Virus record (IMG/VR): IMGVR_UViG_3300017780_002487
Span: 1 to 36,309 of that record
From: a virus
Taxonomy: Duplodnaviria; Caudoviricetes
DNA length: 36,309 nt
Reading direction: 5' to 3' (one strand)
In this document: piece after piece, positions 33,913 to 36,309 of the stretch
How positions within the stretch are numbered: position 1 is the first letter of the stretch
How the letters are laid out: the number at the start of each line of letters is the position of its first letter
Notes under the pieces: generated by a model
Database searches by the model: none
What the model was told of the DNA's origin: nothing
What the model saw: the letters and a program-made list of their open reading frames with translations, nothing else
Translations under genes and position numbers: made by a program

Positions 33913-34406
33913 ATTACCTCCACTCGAACCGCATTCGCGGCATCATTTACAAACACAATCCTAACCTTGGTTGGCTCTTTAAAACTGACGCCACCCATCA
34001 AGGAAATGGCTTTTACGCCAAAAATAGAAGACTTTGCCTGCCCCCAATGAGCAGTGACAATGTCACCTACTTTGTAGTCTTCTCGGGTTTTCGCCCGCAA
34101 TTTTTCAACGCGTGCATCAACCTTTACGGCCTTCTTCTCTGGCGTTGCGGTCTTCACCGCTTCAGGAGAAGCGTTTACCCCAGCTTCGTATAAAGCGGCG
34201 ATTATCGGATTGCCAAAATCTGGCTCGGTGAATGAACGCTCAAACAGAGCATTAACTAAAATGTCTGTCTTGAGAACCGCAGACTCTGCGATTCTCCTAA
34301 ACTGCTCAACCTGAGCAGTTGAGCCTTGCTTTTTTGCAAGGTCAATGGCGATCACCGCCCCGCGGTGAATTGCCTGCCACTGCTTTGTTATCTGTTCTAA
34401 GTTCAT
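33909..34406 (-). CDS. Hypothetical protein (165 aa), first gene of the repeat-flanked cassette
   Basis: CAACAGGGG leader; C-terminal beta-rich YKVGDIV segment. Confidence 0.7.
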   Translation of the reverse strand: MNLEQITKQWQAIHRGAVIAIDLAKKQGSTAQVEQFRRIAESAVLKTDILVNALFERSFTEPDFGNPIIAALYEAGVNASPEAVKTATPEKKAVKVDARVEKLRAKTREDYKVGDIVTAHWGQAKSSIFGVKAISLMGGVSFKEPTKVRIVFVNDAANAVRVEVI

Positions 34407-34428
34407 TTTTTTCCCCTGTTGTTTGTTT

Positions 34429-34460
34429 GTTGCGATGAAAGGATATTAACACACTAATAT
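34429..34460 (-). promoter_or_regulatory. 32-bp promoter/operator repeat, copy 2
   Basis: Identical to 33542-33573. Confidence 0.75.
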
Positions 34461-34499
34461 CTGAAAAGGGGAGCATTTTGAAAAAAAATTAAAAAAATT

Positions 34500-34838
34500 T
34501 TATGCGCTCGCCCTATCCATCGCCCTATTGCTTGCCTCCAGACTGCGCCACACTTCAGCCTTAGCCTGTGCTGCAATCAACATCCAGCGCAATGATTCCT
34601 CCCGCTCTACGGCGCTTTTAAGCCCTTCCAGCAGGCTTATGTATTCTCCACTGGCGTATGCCTCACGCTCTTGAGTTGCGGAGGTTTTGAAGCCATTTAA
34701 TTCGGCCTGCTGCATGAGCATGGCTTTTTTAGACTTCCGCATTTCCTCCAAGTACACCCGTTCGGCCTTGGCCTGAGCGAATAATTTTGAGTTGTCCCGC
34801 ATGAAATCTAAAACCTTGTGAATGTCGATGTCAGTCAA
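34500..34838 (-). CDS. Helical phage protein (UvsY-like coiled coil, tentative)
   Basis: AQAKAERVYLEE.RKSKKA.LM...QEREAYA...WRSLEASNR. Confidence 0.6.
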   Translation of the reverse strand: MTDIDIHKVLDFMRDNSKLFAQAKAERVYLEEMRKSKKAMLMQQAELNGFKTSATQEREAYASGEYISLLEGLKSAVEREESLRWMLIAAQAKAEVWRSLEASNRAMDRASA

Positions 34839-35148
34839 GAATTATCCTTTTGCAAGCCCTTCCTGCTTTTAATTTTCTCCAGCCGTGCACCTCAATCCTT
34901 ATTCCGGCCTCTCGCACTTTTGGCGTGATCTCGCTGTCTGCTATTTTTTTCTCCCGCGCTGATGTGTTGCTTCCGCTAGTAACCTGCACCGCCAGAACCT
35001 CCCCTTTCCTAATGGCCAGAATATCTGCCCAGCCCCACAGGTCTTTACGGGTGCGGGTAAACGAATTCCACTTTTCTACAATCTCACAGTGATAACCTTC
35101 TTCACGAAGCAAGGCCAAACTGCGCTGCGTGGGTGATGTTTTAGCCAT
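34831..35148 (-). CDS. PD-(D/E)XK nuclease, possible resolvase
   Basis: SPTQRSL..LR..GY..EIVEKWN...DLWGWADILAI....LAVQVTS. Confidence 0.65.
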   Translation of the reverse strand: MAKTSPTQRSLALLREEGYHCEIVEKWNSFTRTRKDLWGWADILAIRKGEVLAVQVTSGSNTSAREKKIADSEITPKVREAGIRIEVHGWRKLKAGRACKRIILD

Positions 35149-35407
35149 TGAGCGCCTCGATAGTCCAAGCCAGTAGACTCATTTCATCCTGACGTGCGTT
35201 TTTCAGTGCTGAACGGTCACCATGCACCCCGCTGGCGCCCCGGTGATGTTCTGGGCATAGTGGGATAGTCAAGAAATCACTGTTCCTCTGAGCCATTCCT
35301 ACACCATCTCGCAAGTGGTGCACTTCTGCCGGTGTTGGACCGTACCCAATAACCTGGCACAAGCTGCACCCGAGTTCCGCCACCCTGCCCATGTACTTTT
35401 TACCCAT
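35141..35407 (-). CDS. Ref-like Zn-binding HNH nuclease
   Basis: CSLC...PAEVHHLR.G.G...TIPLCPEHHRG. Confidence 0.75.
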   Translation of the reverse strand: MGKKYMGRVAELGCSLCQVIGYGPTPAEVHHLRDGVGMAQRNSDFLTIPLCPEHHRGASGVHGDRSALKNARQDEMSLLAWTIEALNG

Positions 35408-35582
35408 TTAATCGCACCGCCTCTTGTTTTGCTTCTTCCGCACTTGGAAAAGTTCCAATCAATTTTTTGTCATCCCAAAGCAGGAACCCAGCTTCTTTGC
35501 CAGACATAAACCGAGCAATGTGAAATCGCCCGTTGCTTATGCTGGCCTCGCTTGTCTTAAACCACTTGATCTTATCGCTCAA
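35400..35582 (-). CDS. Hypothetical protein (60 aa)
   Basis: Overlapping neighbours; GTFPSAEEAK motif. Confidence 0.6.
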   Translation of the reverse strand: MSDKIKWFKTSEASISNGRFHIARFMSGKEAGFLLWDDKKLIGTFPSAEEAKQEAVRLNG

Positions 35583-35796
35583 AAATTAACCGCCCGAATT
35601 CATCACGCTGCACATTGTCTGCAAATTTGTAGCTATTCCCATGCTCGACCACGTTCCAAAGCTCAATCTGGCGGTGAAGTATTTTTTCTAGTCTCTGGTC
35701 ATCCTTCGCCCCTTCGGATAAAAACCACAATGCGTGGTCAGATTTCAAAATTTTAGCCCACCGAAAATGGTCAATAACGTTTGTAATGGAGTTCAT
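35572..35796 (-). CDS. Hypothetical protein (74 aa)
   Basis: ATGA-coupled to the upstream gene. Confidence 0.6.
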   Translation of the reverse strand: MNSITNVIDHFRWAKILKSDHALWFLSEGAKDDQRLEKILHRQIELWNVVEHGNSYKFADNVQRDEFGRLIFER

Positions 35797-36309
35797 TTTT
35801 TCCCGATCATTAAGCGAAGTTGCGATAAGTATTGTGCTGCGATTTCTTTGTTTTGCTCAGTCTTTGGTGGTGGTAACAATCCTGCTGCGTGTTCGCCAGA
35901 CAGTCTGCCCATTTTTACGGCTTCGTTTAAAGCGTCCTCACGCCTTGCCGCATCAATTCCTATACTTGGGTACCATTTGAGCGCTGCGTTGGCAGGAAGG
36001 CCACTCAAAATGCGCTCATAAGCCGATTTGAAAGCCATTCGTGCGCCGGTTCTGTCTGGTAATACGTTTTTAGCTATTCCCCATGCTTCCGCTATTGGCT
36101 GAGTCCACACAACTGTGGATTGCTCATCCTCGGCTTGCATTGCAATTGACCACGCCTCATCAACGCCTATGTGTCCTTTTGGTTTCGGCTTATTTTTTTC
36201 AAGTTTTCCGACGACGTGCGCAACCGTTGGGAAGAATCTACCTTCGGTGGAGTCACGCATGTGGTCACGCAATGCCTGCTTTACGTCCTCGATGTCAAAA
36301 TCACACAAC
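35793..36309 (-). CDS. 3' part of the same junction-spanning DUF6475-like protein
   Basis: GRFFPTVAHVV...DEAWSIA...STVVWT...ARMAFKSAYER motifs, typical of the gene after phage replication initiators. Confidence 0.75.
   Translation of the reverse strand, partial: LCDFDIEDVKQALRDHMRDSTEGRFFPTVAHVVGKLEKNKPKPKGHIGVDEAWSIAMQAEDEQSTVVWTQPIAEAWGIAKNVLPDRTGARMAFKSAYERILSGLPANAALKWYPSIGIDAARREDALNEAVKMGRLSGEHAAGLLPPPKTEQNKEIAAQYLSQLRLMIGKK
36187..36309. repeat. Terminal direct repeat, right copy (circular assembly overlap)
   Basis: Exact 123-bp match to 1-123. Confidence 0.97.

Noticed and set aside
33542-34460. 32-bp repeats as a CRISPR mini-array
   Set aside because: Only two copies, 887 bp apart, with protein-coding genes between them; no cas genes
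1-36309. tRNA genes, introns/inteins or stop-codon reassignment
   Set aside because: No cloverleaf or T-arm motif noticed; core genes are uninterrupted and of expected size under the standard bacterial code

Overview
The window is an apparently complete, circularised podovirus genome of about 36.2 kb. Bases 1-123 repeat exactly at 36187-36309, giving a unit length of 36,186 bp, and one gene runs through the junction. The virion module is P22/Sf6-like and on the minus strand: TerS, PBSX-type TerL, portal, scaffold, P22-type coat, gp4, gp10, gp26-like needle, GNAT gp14-like protein, ejection proteins gp7/gp20/gp16 and a tailspike with a P22 head-binding domain. It is followed by a signal-peptide HNH nuclease, a permuted papain-like enzyme and a lysis cassette (membrane protein, M15 endolysin, 3TM holin). 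A short plus-strand arm carries Erf, a YqaJ/lambda-type exonuclease, SSB and small ORFs. The other early arm (minus strand) carries a lambdoid replication initiator with internal iteron-like repeats, nucleases and an accessory region. I found no integrase or CI-like repressor. The host is probably a Gram-negative proteobacterium (inference). Most notable: (1) a cassette flanked by identical 32-bp promoter/palindrome repeats, carrying an NLTPH-motif protein (candidate cOA ring nuclease), a small acidic ORF and wHTH genes, resembling an anti-defence locus; (2) small genes built combinatorially from shared modules with conserved junction motifs; (3) an orphan HTH antitoxin-like gene; (4) a DUF6948-like protein coupled to a Gly-(Tyr/Asp/Asn) microsatellite protein; (5) a tailspike whose glycosidase-like domain is interleaved with four CBM-like repeats; (6) a minimal metzincin-motif lipoprotein among virion genes. 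All family calls are motif recognition from memory, not database searches.
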